A stretch of DNA of 64,000 bases from an uncultured Actinomycetota bacterium (GTDB lineage: Bacteria > Actinomycetota > UBA4738), in NCBI GenBank assembly GCA_963781595.1, contig CAWAGG010000006.1:387226-451225 (forward strand), written 5' to 3'. A program made the translations under genes and the position numbers. The notes under the pieces were generated by a model. It had not been told where the DNA came from. It was given only the letters and a program-made list of their open reading frames with translations, and made no database searches. Below, one piece after another: positions 1 to 8,942 of the stretch (the first letter of the stretch is position 1; each line of letters opens with the position of its first letter).

Positions 1-337
1 CGAACAGGAGCGGCACGAGGCACGCCGCTTTTAGCACGGGCGTCCAGACCAGGATGAGGCGGCGCGACCACCGGTCGATGAAGACGCCGGCGAAGGGCCC
101 GATCAGCGAGAACGGGATGATCAGGAGGGCGACGGCCTTCGCGACCTGCGCGGCCGTCCCCTGGCTGTCGGTGTCCAGGAACACCAGGCGCGCGAACACG
201 AACGCCTGGAACAGTCCGTCGGCGAACTGGCTGACGTATCGGGCGGAGACGAGCCGAGCGAAGTCCTTCGACGCGAGCGCTTCACGGGCGCGCGCGACGA
301 CGCCGTGGCCGGTGTCCGGGGTTCGCATCCCGTGCAT
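1..337 (-). CDS. MFS-type transporter, N-terminal part only (CDS runs off the left edge)
   Basis: Hand translation of the minus strand from ATG 337 (alternative ATG 328) gives MHGMRTPDTGHGVVARAREALASKDFARLVSARYVSQFADGLFQAFVFARLVFLD...LLIIPFSLIGPFAGVFIDRWSRRLILVW... The frame stays open to position 1. The 'G..IDRWSRR' loop resembles the MFS TM2-TM3 motif. It is absent from the ORF track because no stop lies inside the window. Confidence 0.55.
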   Translation of the reverse strand, partial: MHGMRTPDTGHGVVARAREALASKDFARLVSARYVSQFADGLFQAFVFARLVFLDTDSQGTAAQVAKAVALLIIPFSLIGPFAGVFIDRWSRRLILVWTPVLKAACLVPLLF

Positions 338-424
338 CCTACGCAGGGCCGGCGCCCCCGCATACGAGCGAACGTGCGCGGGCGCCCCGATCGCCCGCGG
401 GCGACGCGTCGCGGGCGGGTGGGA

Positions 425-1594
425 TCAGGACGTGGCGTGCTGCTCGGTCGCGCTGCGCTCCGAGGCCTCGTTGTCGAAGAAGTTCGACCAGTCGGCGTTC
501 GCGGACGCGCCGTTGCCGAGGATGAAGCCCTCGACCATCTCGCGCGCGGCGTCGTCGGAGAACTGGACCGGCGGGGTCTTCATGAAGTACGCGCTGGGAC
601 CGATGATCGGGCCCGCGATGCCTCGGTCCTTCGCGAGCTTCGCGCAGCGGACCGCGTCGATCACGATGCCGGCGGAGTTCGGGGAGTCCCAGACCTCGAG
701 CTTCAGCTCGATCGTCATCGGGATGTCGCCGAACTCCGTGCCCTCGAGGCGGATGTGCGCCCACTTGCGGTCGTCGAGCCACGGCACGTAGTCCGACGGT
801 CCGATGTGGATGTTGTCCTTGCCGATCCCGTCCTTGCCGTCGCGCAACTGGCTGGTCACGGACTGGGTCTTCGAGATCTTCTTCGACGTCAGGCGCTTGC
901 GTTCGAGCATGTTCATGAAGTCCATGTTGCCGCCGAAGTTCAGCTGGCTCGTGCGCTCGAGCTTCACGCCGCGGTCCTCGAACAGCTTCGCGAGGACCCG
1001 GTGCACGATCGTCGCGCCCACCTGGCTCTTGATGTCGTCGCCGACGATCGGCAGGCCCGCGTCGCGGAACTTCCTGGCCCACACGGGGTCCGACGCGATG
1101 AACACGGGCAGCGCGTTGACGAACGCGCACCCGGCCTCGATCGCCGCCAGCGCGTAGTGCTTCGCCGCCTGCTCGCAGCCGACGGGCAGGTAGTACACGA
1201 CGACGTCGGCCCGCGCGTCACGGAGCGCCTGCGCGACGTCGACCGGCGGCTCGGGCGATTCGACGATCGTCTCCTGGTAGAACTCGCCGAGGCTGTCGAA
1301 CGTCGGTCCGCGCTGCACGTGCACGCCGGTCAGCGGGACGTCGGCGAACCGGATCGTGTTGTTCGGCTCGGTGTAGATCGCCTCCGAGACGTCCTTCCCG
1401 ACCTTCTTCGCGTCGACATCGAACGCCGCGACCACCCGGACGTCGCGGACGTGGTACGGCCCGAGCTTCACGTGCATCAGGCCCGAGACGCGCTCCGTCG
1501 GGTCTGCGTCCTTGTAGTACTCCAGGCCCTGCACGAGCGACGAGGCGCAGTTCCCCACGCCCACGATCGCGAGGCGAACGTCGTTCGTTGACAT
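425..1594 (-). CDS. ino1: myo-inositol-1-phosphate synthase
   Basis: ORF 425..1732 was trimmed to ATG 1594 ([27 protein letters not shown]...). It resembles actinobacterial Ino1 along its full length, including '[11 protein letters not shown]'. The start lies 1 nt after the stop of the upstream PadR gene. Confidence 0.93.
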   Translation of the reverse strand: MSTNDVRLAIVGVGNCASSLVQGLEYYKDADPTERVSGLMHVKLGPYHVRDVRVVAAFDVDAKKVGKDVSEAIYTEPNNTIRFADVPLTGVHVQRGPTFDSLGEFYQETIVESPEPPVDVAQALRDARADVVVYYLPVGCEQAAKHYALAAIEAGCAFVNALPVFIASDPVWARKFRDAGLPIVGDDIKSQVGATIVHRVLAKLFEDRGVKLERTSQLNFGGNMDFMNMLERKRLTSKKISKTQSVTSQLRDGKDGIGKDNIHIGPSDYVPWLDDRKWAHIRLEGTEFGDIPMTIELKLEVWDSPNSAGIVIDAVRCAKLAKDRGIAGPIIGPSAYFMKTPPVQFSDDAAREMVEGFILGNGASANADWSNFFDNEASERSATEQHATS

Positions 1595-1595
1595 C

Positions 1596-2240
1596 TCAGG
1601 CACGCTCCTTCTCCGCTTCCGACTCGGGAGTGATCGCGGGCTGCGGCTGCGGCGTGACCGCGGGCCCAGCGCCCGTACGGCGCGCGCGGGTGGTGCGCGT
1701 CGACCGCGACGACCGCGTCCGGCGAACCTCACGCTGCTCGACCTGGATCAGGTCGTCGAGCCAGCGGATGTCCGCCTCGGTCGCGGCCAGCTGGTGGTTC
1801 ATCAGCGACAGCGTGTAGCCGTCGATCCGCTCCTTGTACGTCTGGAGCGAACGCTTCAGGTCGGACCCGCGCCCCTCGAGGAAGCTCCGGCGGCGTTCGA
1901 GCAGCCGGATCCGGGTCTCGGGCTTGAGGTACTGGAAGAACGCGAGGCGGACCGAGAACCCGTTGTCCTCGGTGGCCTCGTGGCCCGCTCGTTCGAGCAG
2001 GTCGCTGAACACTGCCTCACCCTCGGGGGTGATCCGGTAGACGTTCTTACGGCGACCGACGTCCTCCTTGGGGAACGTCATCTCGACCGCGCCCTGGCGC
2101 TGGAGGCGCTTGAGGGCGGGGTAGAGCGAGCCGTAGGACACCTGCCAGAAGCTGCCGAGCGTCTCGCTCAGGCGCTTCTTCAGCTGGTAGCCGTGCATGG
2201 AGCTCTCCTTGAGGAGCCCCAGGATGGCCAGCTCGAGCAT
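1596..2240 (-). CDS. PadR-family transcriptional regulator with Arg/Thr-rich C-terminal tail
   Basis: The winged-helix signature '[21 protein letters not shown]...[16 protein letters not shown]' is present. A GGAAGGGA RBS (complement of 2251-2258) lies 10 nt before ATG 2240. From memory, the PadR-ino1 pairing is conserved in actinobacteria (M. tuberculosis Rv0047c-Rv0046c). Confidence 0.88.
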   Translation of the reverse strand: MLELAILGLLKESSMHGYQLKKRLSETLGSFWQVSYGSLYPALKRLQRQGAVEMTFPKEDVGRRKNVYRITPEGEAVFSDLLERAGHEATEDNGFSVRLAFFQYLKPETRIRLLERRRSFLEGRGSDLKRSLQTYKERIDGYTLSLMNHQLAATEADIRWLDDLIQVEQREVRRTRSSRSTRTTRARRTGAGPAVTPQPQPAITPESEAEKERA

Positions 2241-2265
2241 CGTGCTACGGTCCCTTCCTATCGGT

Positions 2266-2330
2266 TCGATACATCACCTCGATACATCGTATCGATGCAT
2301 CAACACGATATATCGAATCGATATATGCGT
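2266..2330. promoter_or_regulatory. Five tandem 13-bp-phased repeats (TCGATAYAT core) in an AT-rich island upstream of PadR-ino1; probable operator/promoter array
   Basis: The units read directly are tcgatacatcacc (2266), tcgatacatcgta (2279), tcgatgcatcaac (2292), acgatatatcgaa (2305) and tcgatatatgcgt (2318). Embedded palindromes are cgatac-atc-gtatcg (2280-2294), gatgcatc (2294-2301) and atatatcga-a-tcgatatat (2308-2326). The array lies 26-90 nt upstream of the PadR start. Confidence 0.6.
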
Positions 2331-2380
2331 CAAACGAACCGCGAGCCGACCCCGACCGCCCCCGTCGAGCCCGTTCCACG

Positions 2381-2413
2381 CCGAAGGGGGCGGGTTTGCC
2401 CCGCCCCCTTCGG
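2381..2413 (-). terminator. GC-rich hairpin downstream of the BNR-repeat gene (14-bp perfect stem, 5-nt loop)
   Basis: The sequence is ccgaagggggcggg-tttgc-cccgcccccttcgg. It lies 27 nt past the stop at 2440. No U-tract follows, which weakens an intrinsic-terminator call. Confidence 0.45.
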
Positions 2414-2439
2414 GTGGTACCGATGGATCCTTCGGCCGG

Positions 2440-3939
2440 TCAGTAGGCCGTGCGGACCCTCGCCGTGGCGTGATCCGAGTGGAAGCTGACCACGGGATCG
2501 TCCCTGACCGGGTTCGTCCCCGCGAGGACAGCGAGGCCGCCCTTCGGCGCATCCATGAACTCCTTGCAGGCCTTCACGTTGCCGAGCACGCACGTGCCCT
2601 TCGTGGCGACGGCGACCACGGTGTCCGCCTTGCCGTTCCCGAGGATCGACGTCGAGATGTAGTCACCCACCATGTACCCGAGCGTCGTGTCAGGGAGCGA
2701 CGTCAGCTTCATCGGCCCCGCGAGCGTCACCGGCTTCGTCCACGTGCCGCCGCCGTCGGTCGAGGAGACGTAGCCGACCTCGAGCTGGCACGTGTTCGAG
2801 TTGCAGCTCGCGTTCGGGTAGAAGTAGTAGGTCAGCGCCAGGTGCGCCGAGCTCCCTGACGTCGACCGGTCGACGGCGATGCCGGGGATGAAATGATCGA
2901 CGCCGCTGTTCGTCCCGTCGATCGGGATCCGGACGACGCTCGACCAGGTCTTCCCGTTCGTCGACGTGCTCATCACGATGTCGTTCGACGAGCAGCCGGA
3001 CCGGAACCGGCAGTCGTGCCAGACCATGTAGACCTTGCCGGCGGCGTCCACCTCGGCCGAGGGCAGCGGCTCGGACCTGAGCCCACCGCCGACGCCGTGG
3101 TCGGTCTGCGAGGAGACGTTGAACGTCGAATAGGTCTTGCCGCCGTCCGTCGACACGAGCGCCTGCATCCCGCTGCCCCAGAAGGGCACGACGACCGTGC
3201 CGTCGGGCTGGGCCAACGGCTGGCCGCCGAGCCCGAAGGCGCCCGAGACGGTCGCGCTGGACCACGTCGCGCCGCCGTCCGTGGAACGGACCATCTTCAT
3301 GACCTCGCCCGCGTTCGCGTCGTCCCATTCGACGTAGCAGTTCCCGTAGTTCGGGCTGCCGGACCACGTGTCGCACGCGATCCAGCTCTTGTCGTAGAAG
3401 GTGTTCCCCGGGTTGTCCGCGGCGGTCACCGGCTTCTGCCAGGTCAGGCCGCCGTCGAGCGAGCGATTCACCAGGACGTCCTCGCCCGTGCTGCCGCTGA
3501 TCGACAGGCCCTCGGCCATCCAGACGTCGTGCTTCGGGTCGTAGGCCACGGCCGGGTCGCTGATGCGGTCCCACGGGCCCGGCGGGCTCGCGTAGACGGT
3601 CGTCTTCGGCATGAAGCCGTGCTTCCAGGTCGCGCCGTTGTCCTTCGATGTGGCCCACCCGATGTTCGACGAGCCGCCGTCGGTGAACCGGCCCGTCTGG
3701 AACACGGAGACGATCGTGGAGCCGAACGCGAACGTGTCGGGTTCGACCTGGGTCTTGTGGTAGCTCGAGGTGTTCTTGTACGGGTCCTTGCTGACCTTCT
3801 TGATCTTGTCCACCGCGGAGCCGTTGGCGAAGGCGGCCGCGGACAGCGCCAAGGCCGCCCCGATCGCGACCGAGACCACCATCAGCCGCCGTGCATGCGT
3901 CGATACCCGAGCCGAACGTGCCTGACGTACCCGTGCCAC
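2440..3939 (-). CDS. secreted BNR/Asp-box repeat protein (sialidase-like six-bladed beta-propeller, substrate unknown)
   Basis: GTG start at 3939 is preceded by AAGGGAGGGG. There is a signal-peptide-like N-terminus ([22 protein letters not shown]). Six Asp-boxes are present: [39 protein letters not shown] and STDGGGTW. Confidence 0.85.
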   Translation of the reverse strand: MARVRQARSARVSTHARRLMVVSVAIGAALALSAAAFANGSAVDKIKKVSKDPYKNTSSYHKTQVEPDTFAFGSTIVSVFQTGRFTDGGSSNIGWATSKDNGATWKHGFMPKTTVYASPPGPWDRISDPAVAYDPKHDVWMAEGLSISGSTGEDVLVNRSLDGGLTWQKPVTAADNPGNTFYDKSWIACDTWSGSPNYGNCYVEWDDANAGEVMKMVRSTDGGATWSSATVSGAFGLGGQPLAQPDGTVVVPFWGSGMQALVSTDGGKTYSTFNVSSQTDHGVGGGLRSEPLPSAEVDAAGKVYMVWHDCRFRSGCSSNDIVMSTSTNGKTWSSVVRIPIDGTNSGVDHFIPGIAVDRSTSGSSAHLALTYYFYPNASCNSNTCQLEVGYVSSTDGGGTWTKPVTLAGPMKLTSLPDTTLGYMVGDYISTSILGNGKADTVVAVATKGTCVLGNVKACKEFMDAPKGGLAVLAGTNPVRDDPVVSFHSDHATARVRTAY

Positions 3940-4132
3940 CGCACCCCTCCCTTTCCGCCGCGTCGCCGCGACATGCGAGCTCGACCGCGCAGTCTACGCC
4001 GCGGTCCCGTGCGCGTGCGCGGACCCTGGATGCGTGAAGAAGCCATGGATGCTGCACCGACCTGCGGCTCGCCGCCACCCGCCGCGTAGAATTGGTCGCT
4101 TCCGCAGGGGCAGTCACCGGAAGGGTTCTCGC

Positions 4133-5727
4133 ATGGCACGCGTGCTCGTCATCGGCTGGGACGGCGCCGACTGGCGCATCCTCGATCCGCTCCTCGAACG
4201 GGGCGTCCTGCCGAACCTCCAGGCGCTGATCGACCGCGGCGGGCGTGGCGTCCTCGCGCTCGACGATCCCGACGCACTCGTGGACGGCGTGGCCGTCGTT
4301 CCTCACCGGCGTCGACCCCGCGGACCACGGCGTCTACGACATCCTCGAGTCGCGCGGGTCCTCGAAGCGCCAGTACCCGGTGACGTTCCGTTCGATCAAG
4401 GAACGCACGTTCCTCGCCGACCTCACGCGCGCCGACGTCCAGACCGTCGATGGTGAACATCCCGCTCACGTTCCCGACGCCACAGATCTCCGGCAAAGCT
4501 GATCGCCGGCGGCGTGCTGCCCAAGCGGCGTCCGTTCACGCACCCGGAGTCGCTCGAGGGCGAGCTGGCGGCCGCCGGTATCCCGTGGCCGATCAACGGG
4601 ATGTCGTGGGCCACGTTCCGGAACCGTCCCGACGCGTTCGCCGAGGAGTGCTCGACGCAGTCGGCCGGGCCCGGCAGAGAGGCATGGAGCACGTGCTGGA
4701 CACCACCGACTGGCGGGTCGGCGATCTGCGTGTACTTCGCGACCGACCGCATCCAGCACTGCCTGTCCCAGTACCTGTCCGACGGATCATCCCGACTACG
4801 CGGAGGCGTCGAAGACGAAGACGGCCGACCGCATCCGGGACGTCTACCGGCAGCTCGACGAGGGCCTCGGCTCGTTGGTCTCGCGGACGCACGACGACGA
4901 CCTGGTCGTGTTCATGAGCGACCACGGGTTCCAGTCGTGCACCGGCGCCGTGAACATGGACCGGCTGCTGGAGCGCCTGGGCTTCCTGGACTTCACGGCC
5001 TCGCAGGCGATCTTCGGCCCGATGCAGTGGGGACCGGTCCGGACGGTCGCGCGCAAGGTCTACGACACGCTCGGGCTCCATGGGAAGGTCGCGCTCCCGC
5101 AGCCCGTGAACTGGTCGAAGACCCGCGCGTACACGAGCGTCCGCTCGACCGGCGAAGGGATCAACGTGAACCTCGCCGGCCGGGAGTCCGACGGCATCGT
5201 GGATCCGTCGGACTTCGAGCGCGTCCGCGATCAGGTGGCCGAGGCCGTCGGGTCGTTCGTCGACCCCCGGACGGGGACGAAGCCGGTCGCGCGGGTATGG
5301 CGACGCGAGGAGCTGTTCAAGGGCAGATACGCCGACGAGGCGCCGGATCTGTTGCTGGAGCCGGCGCGCTTGTGGAGCCTCACGCACGCGAAGAGCGCGG
5401 TGGAGGAAGCGGACTGGCTCGCGGGTGACCACCGGATCGAGGGCGTGCTCGCAGCCGCCGGGCCGCACGTGGCCGCCGGCGCCGCGCTCCCGGAGACCGC
5501 GCGGCTGGTCGATCTGGCACCCACGATCCTGGCGACGGTCGGCGCGCCGGCGTCGGTGCAGCATTCGGGCTCGGCGCTTCGCGAGCTCGTCGGGCAGGAT
5601 GCCGCGGTGGCCGCCGGCGCCGACGCTGTGGAACCGGACGCCGACGAGGGCGCTCGGGCTGGCGCTCGACGAGACCGAGGCCGACGAGGTCGAGGAGCAT
5701 CTCCGCGGACTCGGCTACATCGAGTGA
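4133..5727 (+). pseudogene. alkaline-phosphatase-superfamily type I phosphodiesterase/nucleotide pyrophosphatase gene, broken by about 7 single-nt frameshifts as assembled
   Basis: Family-like segments continue across frames: [37 protein letters not shown] (f2) / [28 protein letters not shown] (f0) / [15 protein letters not shown] (f1) / VLPKRRPFTHPESLEGELAAAGIPWP (f2) / LDAVGRARQRGMEHVLDTTDW (f1) / YFATDRIQHCLSQYLS (f2) / DHPDYAEASKTKTADRIRDVYRQLDEGLGSLVSRTHDDDLVVFMSDHGF... (f0) / ALGLALDETEADEVEEHLRGLGYIE* (f1). Approximate shift points are 4256, 4448, 4505, 4649, 4730, 4784 and 5650. Confidence 0.65.
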
Positions 5728-5778
5728 CCGTCGCGCCGCCTCCCACGGTCCCCGACCCCGCATAGACTCGCTGGTGGC

Positions 5779-7366
5779 GTGAGCGCAGCGAGCCCCCCCG
5801 GCAAGGAGCCCCGCGGCCTCCGCGCGCTCGTGGCCAACGCTTTGCCGAAGGAGCGGTTCGGCGACCACCTGACGCTGCTGTCCGGCACGGGCCAGAACAT
5901 CGTGGGGTTGGGCGTGTTCGTCGTCGCCTCGCTGGGCACGAGCGTCCTGATCTCCGAACGTCCTCGGCGCACCGGCCCTCGGCCTGGTGACGCTCGCGAC
6001 CCAGTTCGCCTTCATCGGCGGCGCCGGGACGCGGTTCGGCATGGACATGGCCGCCGTCCGGCGCGTGGCGATCGACGTCGGCAAGGGCGAACCCGGCCGC
6101 GCCCGCTCGGTCGTTCGCCGGGCGGCCGCGATCGCCGCGATCGTGAGCTTCGTCGTCGCCGTCGCGATGTTCGCCGGTGCCTCGTCGCTGGCGAGCGCCT
6201 TCGCCGGCGGCTCGCCCCAGGGTGTCGCGACGCGAGCGTTCCAGGCTGCGGCGCTGGCTCTTCCGTTCGTCGCCCTCTGCCAGGTCTACCTCGGCGGGAC
6301 CCGCGGCCTGAAGATCATGCGGCACACGCTGACGTCTACTGGGCCGGGCAGCCGATCGCGTGGATCGCGTTGATGCTGGCCGGCTGGGTCGTGTCGGAGT
6401 CGGTCCGGGATCTCCGTGCTCGCGTACGCCGGGTCGTGGATCCTCGCGACGATCGCCGCGTGGGCGCTGTGGGAGCGCGAATCGCGCCGGTTCCCGCACA
6501 TGGCCGCCGAGCCGAACGAGACCCGCGCGCTGATCCGGTACGGCGCCCCGCGGGCGCCGGCGGCGCTCCTCTCGCAGCTCCTGTTCTGGACCGACTACTT
6601 CGTGCTCGCCGCCGTCGGGAACGTGTCCGAAGCGCAGCTCGGTGTCTACGCGGCCGCGGTCCGCGTCGCGCAGTCGCTCGTGCTCTTCCTGATCGCGGTG
6701 AACTACATGTTCAGCCCGTTCGTCGCGGACCTGCATGCGCGCGGCGAGCGGGACAAGCTGAACGGCCTCTACAAGTCGCTCACGCGCTGGACGCTCGCGG
6801 GGACGATCCCGCTGCTGCTGCTGCTCCTCGTCGAACCCGCCGCCGTGCTCCGGATCTTCGGCGCGGGGTTCGGCTCGGGCACGACGGCGCTGCGGATCCT
6901 GCTGATCGGCCAGTCGGTGAACGTGGCGGTCGGCAGCGTCGGTTTCATCCTGATCATGGTCGGGCGGACGGGGTGGGACCTGATCGTCTACGCGGGGTCG
7001 TTCGTGCTGGACCTGCTCGTCGCGCTGCTGCTGGTGCCGAAGTTCGGTGCGAACGGCGCGGCGACCGCGCAGGCGGTGACGCTGACGGTATCGAACGCCG
7101 TGCGCCTCTGGCTGGTGTGGCGGTTCGTCCGGATCCAGCCGTTCAGCCGCGCCTACGCGCGCCTCGCGATCCCCGCGGCCGCCGGGCTCGTCACGATGGT
7201 CGCGATGCACCTGCTCCTCGCCGGCGCCGTCTGGTGGGTCGAGCTGATCGTCACCGGCGCGGTCGGCGCGGTCGTCTACGTCGCGGTGCTCCTGGCCTTC
7301 GGGCTGTCGCCGACGGAGCGCGCGGCCGCCGAACGGATCCGTCGCCGTGGCCGAAGCCCGGCATAG
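5779..7366 (+). pseudogene. polysaccharide-biosynthesis / MOP-superfamily (Wzx/MurJ-like) flippase gene, broken by about 3 frameshifts as assembled
   Basis: The polytopic membrane protein is readable across frames: GTG 5779 ...GLGVFVVASLGTSVLIS (f1) / VLGAPALGLVTLATQFAFIGGAGTRFGMD...YLGGTRGLKIMRHTL (f2) / VYWAGQPIAWIALMLAGWVVSESV (f1) / ISVLAYAGSWILATIAAW... to stop 7366 (f2). Shifts lie near 5956 (+1), 6337 (-1) and 6408 (+1). Confidence 0.62.
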
Positions 7367-7430
7367 TCAGTCATCTTTACCATCCGGAGACGAAGCGGCG
7401 GTGCGACCGCCGGGGAGGGAGCGAACGGCG

Positions 7431-8255
7431 ATGCGGTTCGGACTGGATACGGCGCAGCACCAGCTCACGTGGCCCGAGCTCCTGGAGCGGGTGCGGTTCG
7501 CCGAGGACGCGGGTTTCGACGGCGCGTGGGTGTTCGACCACTTCAAGGCGCTGTACGGTGACCCGGCCGGGCCGTGCCTCGAAGGGTGGACCCTGCTGGC
7601 CGCGCTGGCGGTCTCGACGACGCGGATCCGGTTGGGGACGCTGGTCACCGGGATGACCTACCGGCACCCGTCGATCCTGGCGGCCGAGGCGATCACGGTC
7701 GATCACCTGAGCGATGGCCGGCTCGAGCTGGCCGTCGGGGCTGCATGGTTCGAACAGGAACATCGCGAGCTGGGGGTTCCGTTCCCGCCCCCGACCGAGC
7801 GCTCCGACCGGCTCGAGGAGGGCGTGCAGGTGCTGCGCCTGCTCATGACGGTGGACGGCGCCGCGTTCGAGGGTCGGCATTACACGCTGGAAGACGCGAG
7901 CCTCCGTCCTCGTCCGGTCCAGCAGCCTCAGATCCCCTTGTGGATCGGTGGGGGCGGCGAGCGGCGAACGATCCCCACCACGGCGCGCTACGCGGACGCC
8001 TGGCACGTCTGGGGGTCCGTGGACGAGCTCCGCAGGAAGAACGCACTGCTCGACCGGCACGCCGAGGCCGCGGGCCGCGACCCCGCGACGATCCTGCGGG
8101 CGACCGACCTCTCGCTCAGCGAGCCGTGGGACGAGGTTCGAGCCAGGGTCGCGGGCCTCCGCGAGATCGGGGTCGGGTACGTCGTCGTCGGCTGGCCGAG
8201 CGAGGGTCGGGCACGGCTCGAGGAGTTCGTCGCGGAGGTGCTCCCAGAGCTCTAG
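7431..8255 (+). CDS. LLM-class (luciferase-like) F420-dependent oxidoreductase
   Basis: ATG 7431 follows GGGGAGGGA. The sequence MRFGLDTAQHQLTWPELLERVRFAEDAGFDGAWVFDHF...RLGTLVTGMTYRHPSILAAEAITVDHLSDGRLELAVGAAW is typical of the LLM family. Confidence 0.82.
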   Translation: MRFGLDTAQHQLTWPELLERVRFAEDAGFDGAWVFDHFKALYGDPAGPCLEGWTLLAALAVSTTRIRLGTLVTGMTYRHPSILAAEAITVDHLSDGRLELAVGAAWFEQEHRELGVPFPPPTERSDRLEEGVQVLRLLMTVDGAAFEGRHYTLEDASLRPRPVQQPQIPLWIGGGGERRTIPTTARYADAWHVWGSVDELRRKNALLDRHAEAAGRDPATILRATDLSLSEPWDEVRARVAGLREIGVGYVVVGWPSEGRARLEEFVAEVLPEL

Positions 8256-8737
8256 GGACGGCTCGCCGCCAGCCTCAGCGCCGCTGCGACCGCGTCCTGC
8301 GGGGTGGCGGCGCGAACGATCGGGTCGGGCGCGATCGACGTTCCAGACTTCGACAGCTCCCATGTGCCGAGGCCCACGACCGGCACGCCCGTCTTCAGTG
8401 CGAGCGCGATCTCCGAGAGCGTGCCGAACTCACCTCCGACGGCGATGAGCGCATCAGCGGTTCGAACGATCAGGCCGTTCCGTAGCTCGCCCATGCCGGT
8501 CGCGATCGCGACCGAGACGTACGGGTTCGCGTCTCTCCGGTCGCTCCCGGGGAGGATCCCGACGACGAGCCCGCCGGCCGTTCGGGCGCCGCGCGCGGCT
8601 GCCTCCATCGCGCCACCGTGCCCGCCGCAGACCACGACGGCGCCGGCCTCGGCGAGCAGGCGGCCGACCGCTTCAGCATCGGCCGCGACCTCCGCGGGCG
8701 CCGGATCGGGTCCGCAGATGGCGACGTAGGGCTGCAC
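8252..8737 (-). CDS. LOG/SLOG-superfamily Rossmann protein (TIGR00725-like)
   Basis: GTG 8737 has a GGAG 9 nt upstream. Both LOG-like motifs are present: 'VCGGHGGAMEAAARGA' and 'AVGGEFGTLSEIALAL'. The product is 161 aa. Confidence 0.75.
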   Translation of the reverse strand: MQPYVAICGPDPAPAEVAADAEAVGRLLAEAGAVVVCGGHGGAMEAAARGARTAGGLVVGILPGSDRRDANPYVSVAIATGMGELRNGLIVRTADALIAVGGEFGTLSEIALALKTGVPVVGLGTWELSKSGTSIAPDPIVRAATPQDAVAAALRLAASRP

Positions 8738-8752
8738 GCGGTTCGCTCCGGT

Positions 8753-8938
8753 TCAGTCCGCGATGCCGGTCTGCGCGATCACCCGCGTGGCCCGCGCGCG
8801 CACCAGGAGCTCTCCCGGGACGGCCTTCCGACGACCGAACCCCTCCCCGCGATCGGCGCCGATGCGCCGGCCGCCGATCCGCATCGCCCGGATCCGGAGG
8901 AGGAACGCCCGCCGTTCGACCGGCGTCATGTGGCGCAT
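8753..8938 (-). CDS. possible small Arg-rich protein (about 58-61 aa), function unknown
   Basis: The ORF MRHMTPVERRAFLLRIRAMRIGGRRIGADRGEGFGRRKAVPGELLVRARATRVIAQTGIAD fills the gap between the helicase stop (8943) and the SLOG-like start (8737). Third codon positions are almost all G/C, as in real genes here. I recognise no family. Confidence 0.3.
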   Translation of the reverse strand: MRHMTPVERRAFLLRIRAMRIGGRRIGADRGEGFGRRKAVPGELLVRARATRVIAQTGIAD

Positions 8939-8942
8939 CGGC

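Noticed and set aside
2440-3939. A functional link between the sialidase-like BNR protein and the CMAH-like MBL-Rieske protein (52908-54458) in sialic-acid metabolism.
   Set aside because: The genes are about 50 kb apart. No sialic-acid synthesis or catabolism genes are present. Asp-box propellers act on many substrates.
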